In this document: positions 40,281 through 51,923 of the stretch, piece by piece | Layout of the letters: each line of letters starts with the position of its first letter | Numbering within the stretch: the stretch's first letter is position 1 | Source of the DNA: Cenococcum geophilum | Taxonomy: Eukaryota | Assembly: GCA_050273025.1 (NCBI GenBank) | Contig: CP158635.1 | Span: forward strand, 11,036,001-11,100,000 | Direction of reading: 5' to 3' | Length of the DNA stretch: 64,000 nucleotides | Position numbers and translations under genes: made by a program | The notes under the pieces: model-generated | Databases searched by the model: none | Told to the model about the DNA's origin: nothing | What the model saw: only the letters and a program-made list of their open reading frames with translations

Positions 40281-40751
40281 AAAGTAGCTTATAAGCGGTA
40301 TAGAAGTTTAGACGGCGTTTAGTAGGATTAGTAATAGCTATAAGCTAGTATAAATAATACTTATAAAAGGCCCGCTAATAGGCAAACTAGTAGCTTAATA
40401 CTTACAATCTATAGCTAATTGGAAATTATAAAGAAGATAAATTATATTATATTATATTATATATTTCTTATTTAGTAAAAGATAATAATAATACTCTTAT
40501 TATATAATAGCGTTAACTAAAAACAGCCGCTTAAAAAAGGGGGGGAATTATTAGGCTATAAAGACGCACTTACTATAAACGGCTTGGCGTAAGCAAGGCG
40601 TAAGCAAGGCGCCTATAAAATATAGTTATCCCGTACTAAAGAATAACAGAATTTAATTTTATAATTTTACTTTATTAAGAACTAGATACTTATTATATTC
40701 CGCTACTATTATTATATTACTATAAACCCTAAGGGCCTTAGCGCCCTAATA
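40281..40751 (+). mobile_element. 3' end of another LTR element K: PPT and LTR 40549-40751
   Basis: Purine tract AAAAAAGGGGGGGAA followed by TATTAGGC..GCCCTAATA inverted termini. Confidence 0.6.
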
Positions 40752-41413
40752 GGCCGTATATATATATAAGGGCGCGAAGAGACTTTATAGAAGATTTAAA
40801 GGAATAATATAAATTCTATCTAAATCTAAGGGTATATAGCTCTCGCTAAGGATAAGACGTTGCGTAAAGAAGAGAAAAGAATAATAAGAGAATTATATAA
40901 TTAAATAGTTAGGGGCTTGGTGGTCGATACATGCGTATATACACACGCGGTCTTTAACGGACTTTAGTAGAATTTAATTAATATAGTAGAATTTAGCAGA
41001 AGTTAATTAAGCTAGTAGAATTTGGTAGAATTTAGTTAAAGCATTAGAATTTATCTATTAAGTGTTTTACTAAGACATTCCTATTATAACTGGGCTAGTC
41101 TTATTATAGTAACCCCCCTTTAGCTAAAGGTCCAAATAATTTAATTTAGTTAAGACTTTATAACTTATTACGTTTTTATATATTTATATTAAGTAGTAGT
41201 ATAGCGTTTTACTAGTTCTAATCGTAAATAGACTAATTAGGATTTTCTATCCCTAAAATAGAAAATCGCTATTAGCTTAGTTAAGGCGGTAAGCAGAACT
41301 AATATCTTTATAGTAGGTCTTGGCAAGGCAAATCCAACTAATTAGATAACTTTAACCGCTGGTTAAAGTTCCTTAATATCTTATATATTATATAACCGTA
41401 TTATAAACGTTAT

Positions 41414-44400
41414 TGTTCGTACCAATTTAATGGTACGAGTGAGTTAGATCTAGGGGCACGAAATACGTATAATATTATATGCTCTTTTAGATAATGGTGA
41501 CTGTCTCTTATATTAAGGTAGACTACGTAGTCTATATACTAATGCGTTCTTTCCCTAATTAGTTAGTGCTTTATAAGTGCACTAAACGCGTAAGTAAGTA
41601 GTTGGTATACTAAACGCGTAAACGCGTACCTGGCGTACCGAACGCGTAGGCACGCAGTTAGTATGATAGGTGCTATAATTATATACTAGCGGTACTTAAA
41701 AAATAAAACCACCTGTGTATAGCCTCCGTAATTACTCTAATAAAACTATAAAATATAAAAGAAAATATATAGGAAATAGAACTATAAAATGCAAAGAAAG
41801 TATATAGAAAACCCCCCCCCCCTAAGGTGCCTTCTGGGCTGCCTCCAAACGGCGCTCTAAGCTAGCCGTAAGTTAGATCTTAAGGGCCGCTAAGGCGCTA
41901 GTGCTAAGCGAGCCAATGGCGATTTTCCGTGCCCGGTATGGAAAATTATAATTAGTTAATTTAACTACTGTGGCAGAATATAGTAGAATTTAGCAGGTTA
42001 CGTGAGTCTACTAAGTTCTACTGCAGCTTTCTACCGTTTTCTACTTAATAGCTTATGGTCCGTAGAATAGGCCGTATAATAAGCCGTACGGCCTTCTAAC
42101 GGGCTGTAGGCGTACCATAGGTACTCCGCTAGTCCCATTCTACCCATTCTATAACTTTTAGGTTAAGCTTATTCGTGTTAATTAGGGTTTTAAGGGCTTA
42201 ACACGGCTTTACCTTAGTTATGGCGTCTACTAGGTTGTTTCCACCGCTAATCTATTTAACCTCCGTAATCTCGCGTCGTTCGTAGGCTTAATGTAAGCAC
42301 ATTAGGTTAACCATAAGCCTCTTCTCTTATGTTATACCTAGCTTAACTAAGTAGTCGTAGAGGGACTTTAAATCGGTATATAAGATTAGGAGTAACTACT
42401 CCAATTATAGAATCTTCTAGACTATTAATTTAATTGCGGCTGCTATATTAAAGCTATAGGCTAGTATATATAGTTTAGAAGCTAGTATACTTCGGGTTAC
42501 TTATTTACACTTAATTAAAGACTAATATAGTATATTTGCGTCTTAATTGCGGTCCGTAAGTACAATTATAAAGCCGATTTATAATAATAGGTCTTTGTTA
42601 TTAGCGAAGGAGGCATCCATAAATACTAATAGGCTAAGGGAGTTTAGGTCTAGTGGTATAAAAGTAAGTCCCCTTACTGCATTATTAATTTACTACTAAA
42701 TGCGCTTATTAAGCTGCTTAACATTTTCCTCTTATAGATTTATTGCCTAGGCCGCAAAGGATAAATTATAGGCAGATTTAGGTTGACAGACCGTAGTAAT
42801 ATAGGCGCCTCTTACGCGCTAGGCGACGTATTAGTCCTTTATATTTACAGTCTTACGGGTCTCTTTATAGGAGCTAGTAAGGTCCATAGGCTTCGCTGCA
42901 ACGGGCTTTAGGTTTTAGGCTTGGCGTTCTTAAGTTAGCTTAATTAGGTTACCCTTTTAGGTAATTAGGCCTCTATTAAACTTAATTAGATTCTGCTTAG
43001 TTAACTGCTCTTATAGCTTTGCTAAAAACTTAGCCTTTTATAGTTTAGTTTCTTTAGCGTCTATAAAGGTCTAGTCTACTAAGAATAGGGTATTATCTAT
43101 TTAGAGTCCAATAATACTAAGGCCGTTTAATAGGCTGTATAGGAGGCAGGGGTTGTAGGTTAACTATTCTATTTTAAGTTTACTAATATAGTGCTAGTGG
43201 TATATTTTAAACCAATAGTTTCCGGCTTTTGGTACTCCGTAGAGAGGTTTTATAACCTATAAAATTGTTTTTAGTTATAGGTTAAGCTCGCGGGGTAGTT
43301 ATATAAAGATATCCCTACTTAGGTAGATATTAGACTGCACGTAGGCTTATAAGATGTCCCGTAAGTATAGGGCTATAGGCTTAGTTTGCTATAGTCCAGG
43401 CATAAGTATAAGTATAATCCGTTAACTAACTTGTTAAATTATAGGCGATTACATAAGGACTAAGTTCTTTCCCTAGTCGTTATAAGCTTATATAATAAGC
43501 CTTAACTTTTTAAAGGCTTTATTAGTACCAGGGTGCTTAATTTTGTTAATAAAGCGTAAGTTAAATATACGGACACCTTACGGAACGTCTTTCTCCATTA
43601 TAACTGTAAAGACGCCCTTCTTAAGTAGTCCGTTAATCTCTTTACGTCATAAGTCCGTAAAAGGGGTTTTCTATACTAGAACTAATATATTTATAGGCGG
43701 AGATTACCTTACGGATATTCCTGTGGAGGTTAGGTAATTCTCTATTATAGGGTTCTTAGTTACGGGGTGCTTTTAAGGGCGTCCTCGGCCACGCTTTACT
43801 ATAGGTTTAGTAGGTTTAGTGGGTTTCTAAGGGACTTCTAGGGTAGGCAAGGGTGCTTCCAGTTCGTCTAGTTTGGCGGTTACTTCTAGTTCGTCTAGTT
43901 TAGCGGTTGCTTCTAGTTCGTCTAGCTTGACGTTATAGGTATTTTTGGGCCGAAAGTAGGGTTTTACGGACGTACTCCTAAAGCTGGTCGGTCCGCTAGG
44001 GAGTTATATATAGTATGTTTTGTTTTCTACGGCTAGTAAACGGTAAGGTCCCGTCTAATTGCCGCTTTTACGCTATATAAGGACTTTAGAATTAAGCGAG
44101 AGGTTATAAACTAAGGTTGTATCTAGTTTGTTGCGGTAATATAGGGCGTTATTAACTGCTTATTTGGCCCGTAATTTGACTATTTTAGCTATTGCCTTCC
44201 GTATTATAGCTACTTATTCCGTAATAGATAGGGCAGGAGGGCCTAGGTTGCTTATCCTTAGGTAGGCTTTATAGACCAAAAGGGTAGGTACTAGTCCGTC
44301 TAGGCTAGCAGTATTATTAACGGCTTTTACAGCCATCTATAGAGCTAGTTCCTTTTAGATGTCCTTATATTCGTCTATAATAATCTAGTAAGCTCTCTAT

Positions 44401-47400
44401 AAGGCTAGGTAAGCTCGCTTAATAAGCCTAACGGATCAATACGCCTTAACTAGAATAGCTTTTGTTAATATAGCCATGGCTATAGCATACTACTAAAATT
44501 CCTTACTAATGAAGTTCCTACCAGCGTTGTAGGTAATATACTTAGGAGGTCTAACGTACGTATCAATCTAGCAGGTCTGTAAAATATCCTAAGTATGCTT
44601 TACGGATATATTTTACAACTAATAGGCGGCTTAGTAGCGGGTTACCTTATCAATTATATATAATACTGGGCTGCCGTTAATATACATAATATCTACGTAC
44701 ACTAAATGGTTAAAGTTAAGATCCTTATAAAGGGTGAACTTAAATCGGCCTAGAGAACGTCCGTATTTCTAGCAAAAGGAGTAGTATTTAGTTAGGTGGT
44801 CGATTACCTTCCTATTAATGTTGTTGTATCCAAAGCGTTTAAGGACTCTATATAGCTTTTCGGCTAATAGGTGGCCGAAACGGCGGTATAGGTGGTAGAT
44901 TTTAGTACTAGTAAGGTAGCACGGGTTATAGTTAAAAGATTCCTAAATATAGGTCTATAGAGTCTCTCCCTATATAAGGAACGGGTGTCTAAATCGTCGT
45001 ATAATTGGTAGGGTAATATACTTGCTTCCTAGGGTAGTTATAGGGCTAATTAAGGTGTCTGTAACGTTGTTATAGTAGACCTATAACCTATTTATGTCCG
45101 CAAGGCAGAGTAGGAAAGTGGTATCCGCTTTTACTATGTGGAAGTTAACTAGGCTAATTAGAGTCTTAACTTTAACTAATCTAATTAATACGGTTGAGCC
45201 AATGCCGAATTAGACGTTTACGGCCCTAGTTTACATAGTATTAATATCCATATTATTATTTGTAGTAGTCTTATATATAAGGTATTATCCGTAACCTATA
45301 GTAGACTTCTTAGAGGTACCTATGTCGATTATAACACCGTAGAATTCCTTAGGGGTATAGCGTTCTGTGGTAATATATACAAATAGGTCCTGCTTATAAT
45401 CTATAATATCTATAACGGGGGTGCTTACGAAATGGTTTTTAGGCGCAATTAAGTGTATAAAGGAACGGTTAGCTAATATGGTCGTAATATTAAAGGCTTA
45501 GCTGTCCGTAAAAGGTCTAAAAGTGGTTAGAAATGTCTCTAAGGTCTCTTATTCCTAAGCGTCTAAGTTAAAGTCAATTATAAGGGCTTCTATTAACTTA
45601 TTAGGGGGCTCTTCTACTTCCTCTCCTTTATATTCTGAAATAAACTGGTTAATATAGCTATTAAGTCTCTTTCTAGACTTATTACGTTCTTTTTAGGTAT
45701 ACCTTATAGACCAATATTCTTTCTTACCGCACATAAAGCACTTCTAGCTGGTTTGTCTACGGGGGTATATTTTTATATAGGAGTTGCTATAGGGGTTATA
45801 GGTGGGACTTAGTCGGTACGGGTGCTGCTAGCAATAGCGGCGGTCCGTAAAGTAGACGTCTAAGTCTATTTACGGATATTAAATATCCGTAATAAAGGCT
45901 CAAGTGCTGCCTAGTGGGTTTAAGACTTCGTACGTTATAATAGAGGAGCGTAGATTATTAATAAGGCCAGCTAAGGTGTCTATAGGCTTATAATAGGCGT
46001 ACTTGCAGAGCTCTACTTCTTAATAGGCCGTAATAAGTTTGTTATACAGGAAGTCGTCTATTTAAAGCTTGGCGTTAAGGCCGTGCTATAGGTGCTAAAG
46101 GTCTTTGATAAGAATTTGTAGGCACTCTATAGTCGATTTTTTAGTGTTCTTATTAATTACGGTCCGTAGCTTAGTCGCATTCTATTAGGTAAGAATATTA
46201 CGCTTATATTCCGGTCCTTTAAAGTAGTTACGCGTAGCTTTATATAGCTTATTAAAGGGAATACTAAGGGGGTTACTCTTAAGGTTGGTGTAGTAGTGGT
46301 TAAGTACTAAGCCGCGTAGTATAGTGGAATAGGCTTGGCTAAATTCCTATTTAGGAATATTAGCCTTCCGACAGAGGTCCGTAAAGATAGTAAGTTTAAA
46401 GTTAAAGTTATCGTTTTTACCGCTATACTTAGATTTGTCGGTATAGAGCTTAGCTAAGTTGGCTAGCTTCTTGCCGTAAGTCTTTACTTAAGTGGGTTGC
46501 GGATTTATAACTTAGGTAGGTTGCAGATCTATAGCTTGGGCGATAGGAGGGTTTTAGTCCGTATTTTGGTTTACGGGGGTATTATGGTCCGTAACTTAAG
46601 TACTACGTATGCTTTAGCCCGTAAGATTAATTCCGAAATCGCTTAGGTTTATAGGACGAATTTGGTTAAATAGGTTAGGTATAAGGCTAGCAATACTATT
46701 AAGTTTGGGAGAAGTAAAGAGTTTATTAGTGGCTTTAACCTAGTCTAGGATTTCCTCTTTAGTCTATTCCGTTTGGTCCTCCTCCTATATTATATTATAT
46801 AAGGACCGTGCAATAGTGACTTATTTATCCTTTTTAACCTATATACCTTAGTAACGTAAAAGGGTTCGTAGGTTATAGACGGTAGTAGGGTTATAAGCCT
46901 TAAGAATAGCTTCCGTAAAGTCCGCAAAGTCTTCCTTATATTGCTCCCATAGGTCGTTGTTTAGAAGCTTATAGTGTCCGTATTTAAGGATTTTAAAATT
47001 AATATAGTTGTTAACGCCGTCCGTAGACGTAAGGTCGACTCCCTAACTCTACTTCTTTTAACCTTTACTAATTTGCTTAGTTATATCTGCCATATTATAT
47101 AGCGTAGTATATCTGTATAAGCTATAGTAGGTAGTAGTAGCTTATAGCGGGTGGAGGAGGTCTTGTAACGGTTTGTAAAATTAATTAGTGGGTCCGTAAC
47201 AGTTTAAGAGGTCTTATAGTGGTCTGTAAGGGCGATTAACGGGTCCGTAATAGTTTATAGGAGGGTAAGGGGTTTCCGTAAAAGGTCCGAAAGGGTTGGA
47301 GGTATTAGGGGAGGGTGTAGTAGGAATAGGGGTTTAAGGTTTAAAGGAGGGTAGGGGGTTCCGTATAGGTCTGTATTCGCGTTTATAACTTCTAGTAAAC

Positions 47401-47836
47401 TGTACTAAGACTTAAATAAGTATATAGAGTTAGTGATAAGTCCGTAATCCCCGACTTCCGACCTTCTAGTAGGTCGTACTAGGAGTCTAAACGGGTGGTC
47501 GCTGTTAAGTATTGCTCAGGGGAGGTATCGAGTGATTGCTAATCTGTGCGCGCTCACTAATTAGTGTTCGTACCAATTTAATAGCACGAGTGAGTTAGAT
47601 CCAGGGGCACGAAATACGTATAGTATTATATGCTCTTTTGGATGATGGTGACTGTCTCTTATATTAAGGTAGACTACGTAGTTTATATACTAATGCGTCC
47701 TTCCCCTAATTAGTCAGTGCTTTATAAGTGCACTAGATGCGTAAGCGAGTGGTTGGTATACTAAACGCGTAAATGCGTACCTGGCGTACCGAACGCGTAG
47801 GCACGCGGTTAGTATGACAGGTGCTATAATTATACA
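41414..47836 (-). mobile_element. Ty1/Copia element J, GalEa-like
   Basis: 272-bp LTRs at 41414-41685 and 47565-47836. TSD GTTAT at 41409-13 and 47837-41. HRRFGHP ~44870-44892, KPLYGVP ~43228-43252, RT motif de-RIP GLQTDDTLF ~43083-43110. CTAATTAGT immediately inside the 5' LTR. Confidence 0.9.
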
Positions 47837-49936
47837 GTTATAATATATTTTAAGTCCTTTTTAATTTTAAGCTTTCTGCTATCGTATTTTATATATTTGT
47901 ATTAAGTAGTAATTATTTACTTTTATATCGTGTCTATCTGGCTAGAGTAGGCCGCAAAGGATAGTCCTTATGGAATTCTTTTACTAGGGAAGGTGTATTA
48001 GTCTTAATTTACTTATAAGGTTCCTAGGTTTATATCTTATATCTTTTCTATTTAATAAGAAGTTTAAATTATTTAAACTATATCTTCTATTATATATTAT
48101 TAATTAAATTAATAAAGTAAAAACCGCTACTATTGTTAACAATTATAAAAGGTAGTAGTGGTACTTTATAAGTTATAGGTTTACCTTTTAAAGGTTATAG
48201 TAAGTTTATATAAAATATTAGATATATTTTTATTTTAGTTAATAGTTTAAACTTATAAGTATATGGGCTTAATTTCTTCTTAATTTAGTATAGGCCTGCA
48301 AACTTCTAATCTAGTTTCTTTAAGGGTTATTAAGTCTTTAGGTTTTATATATTTGGGTAAACTATATTACCTTCCTTAAAGTCCTATATAAAAGCTCGTC
48401 CTTTATTTATATACTATTCCTATACTATTTAAGCGTACGCTAATTTACTTTATAATAGTTTTATTAACTACTTTATTTAATTAGCGAAGTTATATATATT
48501 AATTAGTTAAATCCTTTTAATTTTAGGTTATAGCCTAAACCTAAGTTAAGGGTCTTATCTATAGGTTACGTAGAACGGCATTACGCCTATTAATTCGTTT
48601 CTTATATTATTTACAGTAAAATTAGCTAAAATTAGCTACTTTTCCTAGTTACCTTATAGGTAGGAGTAGTATATTTATAGGTATTATTCTATAATTATAT
48701 TCGCAATTTTAGTTTAACTATCTATCTCTAAATAAAATATAGTTAAAAGTTATATTTATATACTTAATTATTTATATAGGGCTTACTAAAAGTCTAAAAT
48801 AAACTAGCTTCCGTAGTTAGATATTATTAAATTAAAAAGTCTATATATCTTAAAGACGTACTTAATAAAACATTTAGCTACTAATATTATATTAATTAAG
48901 TCTATAGGAATTATATATCGCATTTTTATAAGGCGGTTAATAACTACTATAATATTTATAAACCTATTACTATTAGGTAGGTTAACTATAAAGTTAATTA
49001 AAATATCTCGCCATCTTTATATTAGAATTGGCAATGGTTAAAGTACTCCTTACTTCTTTATATAAGAGGTCTTCCTACGCATATATATTCTATATACTTA
49101 AACATATTTTTATACATAGTTATATATTATAGGCTAGTAATATACTTATTAGATAATCTTATAGGTCTTTATATAGCTAGGATACCTTACTATAGGGGAA
49201 TTATATATAAATTTAAGTATTTTAAATCGTAAGGGTTTGGAATTTAGAACTACTATCTTCTATTAATAGTATAACCAATTATTACGGATTTCGCATTTAG
49301 CGAGTATAATATCCTTATATTGCTATTTCCCTATTTAAATTACTTTTATTATATTTACTATTTAGGGGTTATTCTTATATTTATATTCTATTAATTTATT
49401 AATTTCTATATCCCACTTATTAATTTCTAATTTATTCCTATTAAGCTCCGCATTTAAAAATATAGGGTGTAGTTTCTTAAAGTATTTAGGAGGCAGTAGA
49501 ATTTATAATTAATTTATAATCCGTTTATTAGGGGCGTTTATAAATAAGTCCTATAATTATTATATTAATAAGTCTAGCTTTTAATTAAGTTTGCTATATT
49601 AATATATAATCTTAAAGTTAAATTATAAAAGGTATTTAGTATAATAAATTTAGTATTATATTAATTGCTTTATAGTTATAAAGTACTATAGGTTTTTATA
49701 GTCCGTTAATACGTGTATTAGGAATAATAATCCTTTAAGTTCTGGACGCTATTATTTAAAGTATCTAATAATTATAAGCAGTTCCTTATTATATATCTTA
49801 TAGTTTAATTTAATAGGAGTAGGTTTTTGGGAGAGAAAGGCTACTAATTATAGCTCGCCGTTCTTATTATATTGTAATAACACTCCTCCTAGTATATAAT
49901 TAGACGAGTATATTTTAACAATATATTTAAGGTTTA

Positions 49937-50393
49937 CAGCGATGTGCACGACCAGCTTCCACCCCCCTCTGGAAAAATATTATTTCGCTTCGGCATGCGA
50001 GCTCGCTAAATCGCCACCAACTGTATATAGTAATTGTAGCGAACGCATGTGCCTGCACGCAACAGTGGTTGCCCTGGAGAATCGCCTTGGTTGGCCAGGA
50101 GAAACGCACGCGCCCTCCCCTTCCCCTTAACTGGGCCCCCCTACTATGGCCGCCAAAACGCGAATACAAAGCTGTTCCTGCAATTGCCGATGAAATTTGG
50201 TGATATCGTACGGGTGAAAACCTTGTGTACGATATTTGACAAAGATCACGACACTGCGGAGGAAGGCCGATTGCGAAGTCTGCCAGAAGTAAAGTTCTTG
50301 CAGCCAAGCATGGGCGTTCGCTATGATTGCTAGCGAGCCCGCGTACCGAAGCGAAATAATATTTTTCCAGAGGGGTGGTCGTGCACATCGCTG
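49937..50393. mobile_element. Tc1/mariner-type MITE, 457 bp, essentially un-RIP'd
   Basis: TIRs CAGCGATGTGCACGACCA..CCCCTCTGGAAAAATATTATTTCGCTTCGG (~63 bp, with an indel). TA TSD at 49935-36 and 50394-95. Confidence 0.92.
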
Positions 50394-50547
50394 TAGATTA
50401 AAATAGGTAAGAATTAAAGCAGTTATAAAATAATATTTTAGGTCGTTAAAAGCTTATTTATATTTAGTAGTCTATTTAAATCTTATCCCTTGCATAGATG
50501 GTGTAGATGCGACTATAGCCCGTGCACGACGTTAAAGAATATCAATA

Positions 50548-51923
50548 CAAGGGGGCCTCATGAGCGGGCTGCTCGCCCTCCCTGCTAGCGCTGGCGTGGC
50601 TTTAGCTATATGCAGCGTATGAATAATCCACAGAAGCCACCAGAATACACCAGACTAGCTAGATAACATATAAAACAACGGCAGGGGGGCCTTGTATCTT
50701 GTATCATAAAAATGCCGAATCTTGTACGCCGGTAGCGAGGCCACCATCCACCAAAAATCCAATACCCAATTCTTCGAGATCTAGGCACCCGTCTCTCTTA
50801 CCGTGAGCGTAATATTGCTTATTCCCTCTCTCAATACGCTAGTTGGAATCACCACAGGATTGGTGCCTCCCTTGGTATACCTTATAGAACTATATTAAAT
50901 TCTCTCCAGAATCCATAGACCCCTTAAAAGCAGAGGGGAAGGAAGCCGAATATTGATACCCTAGCACGACAGCGTCTAATTGCACGAGCGAAGCAGGACC
51001 GTTGGCACCGACAGAAATCCTTCGAGGAGATTGCATTTCTTGAAGGAATCTCTGCCTGCAAGCGATCTTTATATAAGGCCTTTGAAAAGGAGGGCTACTT
51101 CCGCCGCGTTGCAACAGAGAAGCCCCTTATTACGCCTAAACAACGAGAGGCCCGTCTTAAATGGGCCTATTCTCATCTAGAATGGACTCCCGAGATATGG
51201 GCAGCAGTAATTTGGACAGGTGAAGCGTCCGTTCGAACTGGTGGAGGCCAGATTTTTGTTACTAGAAGCGCCGAGGAGAAATACAATATTAATTGCTGTG
51301 TCCCCAAATTTAGGGGGTATTTAAGCTGGATAATCCACGGTAGTATTTCCCATGGGAATAAAGGACCTCTAGTTGTTTTTGAGAAGGACTAGTTAATTAA
51401 GCTGGGATACAAGAAAAAGACAATAAATGGCGACGTCTACTGTACCTATATATGCCCCAAAATTAAGACTTTTGCATGGGAATTATGGCAGACACTATAA
51501 CACCAGCCTATTCTTGTGGAGGATAATGCCTTAATTTACTCAGCAAAAGTAACGCGCCTTGGCTGGGAACAGAACGGCATGCTAGTAATGGAATGGCCAG
51601 CGAATTCCCCTGATTTGAATCCAATTGAGAACGTCTGGAGGCTATTAAAGGGGAGGATACAACGCCGGTTCCCTAAAACAAATGAGGAAGTACGGTAGTA
51701 CGCTAAGGAGGAATGGGAGAAGCTCGAACCTGAAGAATTTGAAAAGTATACAGGCAATATGAGGGAGCGCTGCTTGGCTGTAATTGCTGCAGATGGCGGC
51801 CCAACGAAATATTAGTTATTGGTTACTGAATAAGCACTGTTTTCATGTGGCGATGTGGCAATTGTAAGCACTAATGGAGGCGCTAGCAGGGAGGGCGAGC
51901 AGCCCGCTCATGAGGCCCCCTTG
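50548..51923 (+). mobile_element. Tc1-family (DD34E) transposon, 1376 bp
   Basis: Perfect 44-bp TIRs at 50548-50591 and 51880-51923. TA TSD at 50546-47 and 51924-25. Confidence 0.96.
50712..51815 (+). pseudogene. Tc1 transposase (367 codons) with about six premature stops
   Basis: One frame, including supplied ORF 51516-51698: EDNA..WPANSPDLNPIENVW (34 residues between D and E), ending DGGPTKY*. Confidence 0.93.

Noticed and set aside
49927..51180. Overlapping ORFs in the GC-balanced island, as possible host or effector genes
   Set aside because: All fall within the MITE or Tc1 TIRs; no signal peptide or domain evident. Part of 50049-50333 could be a transposase remnant, but I cannot confirm it.
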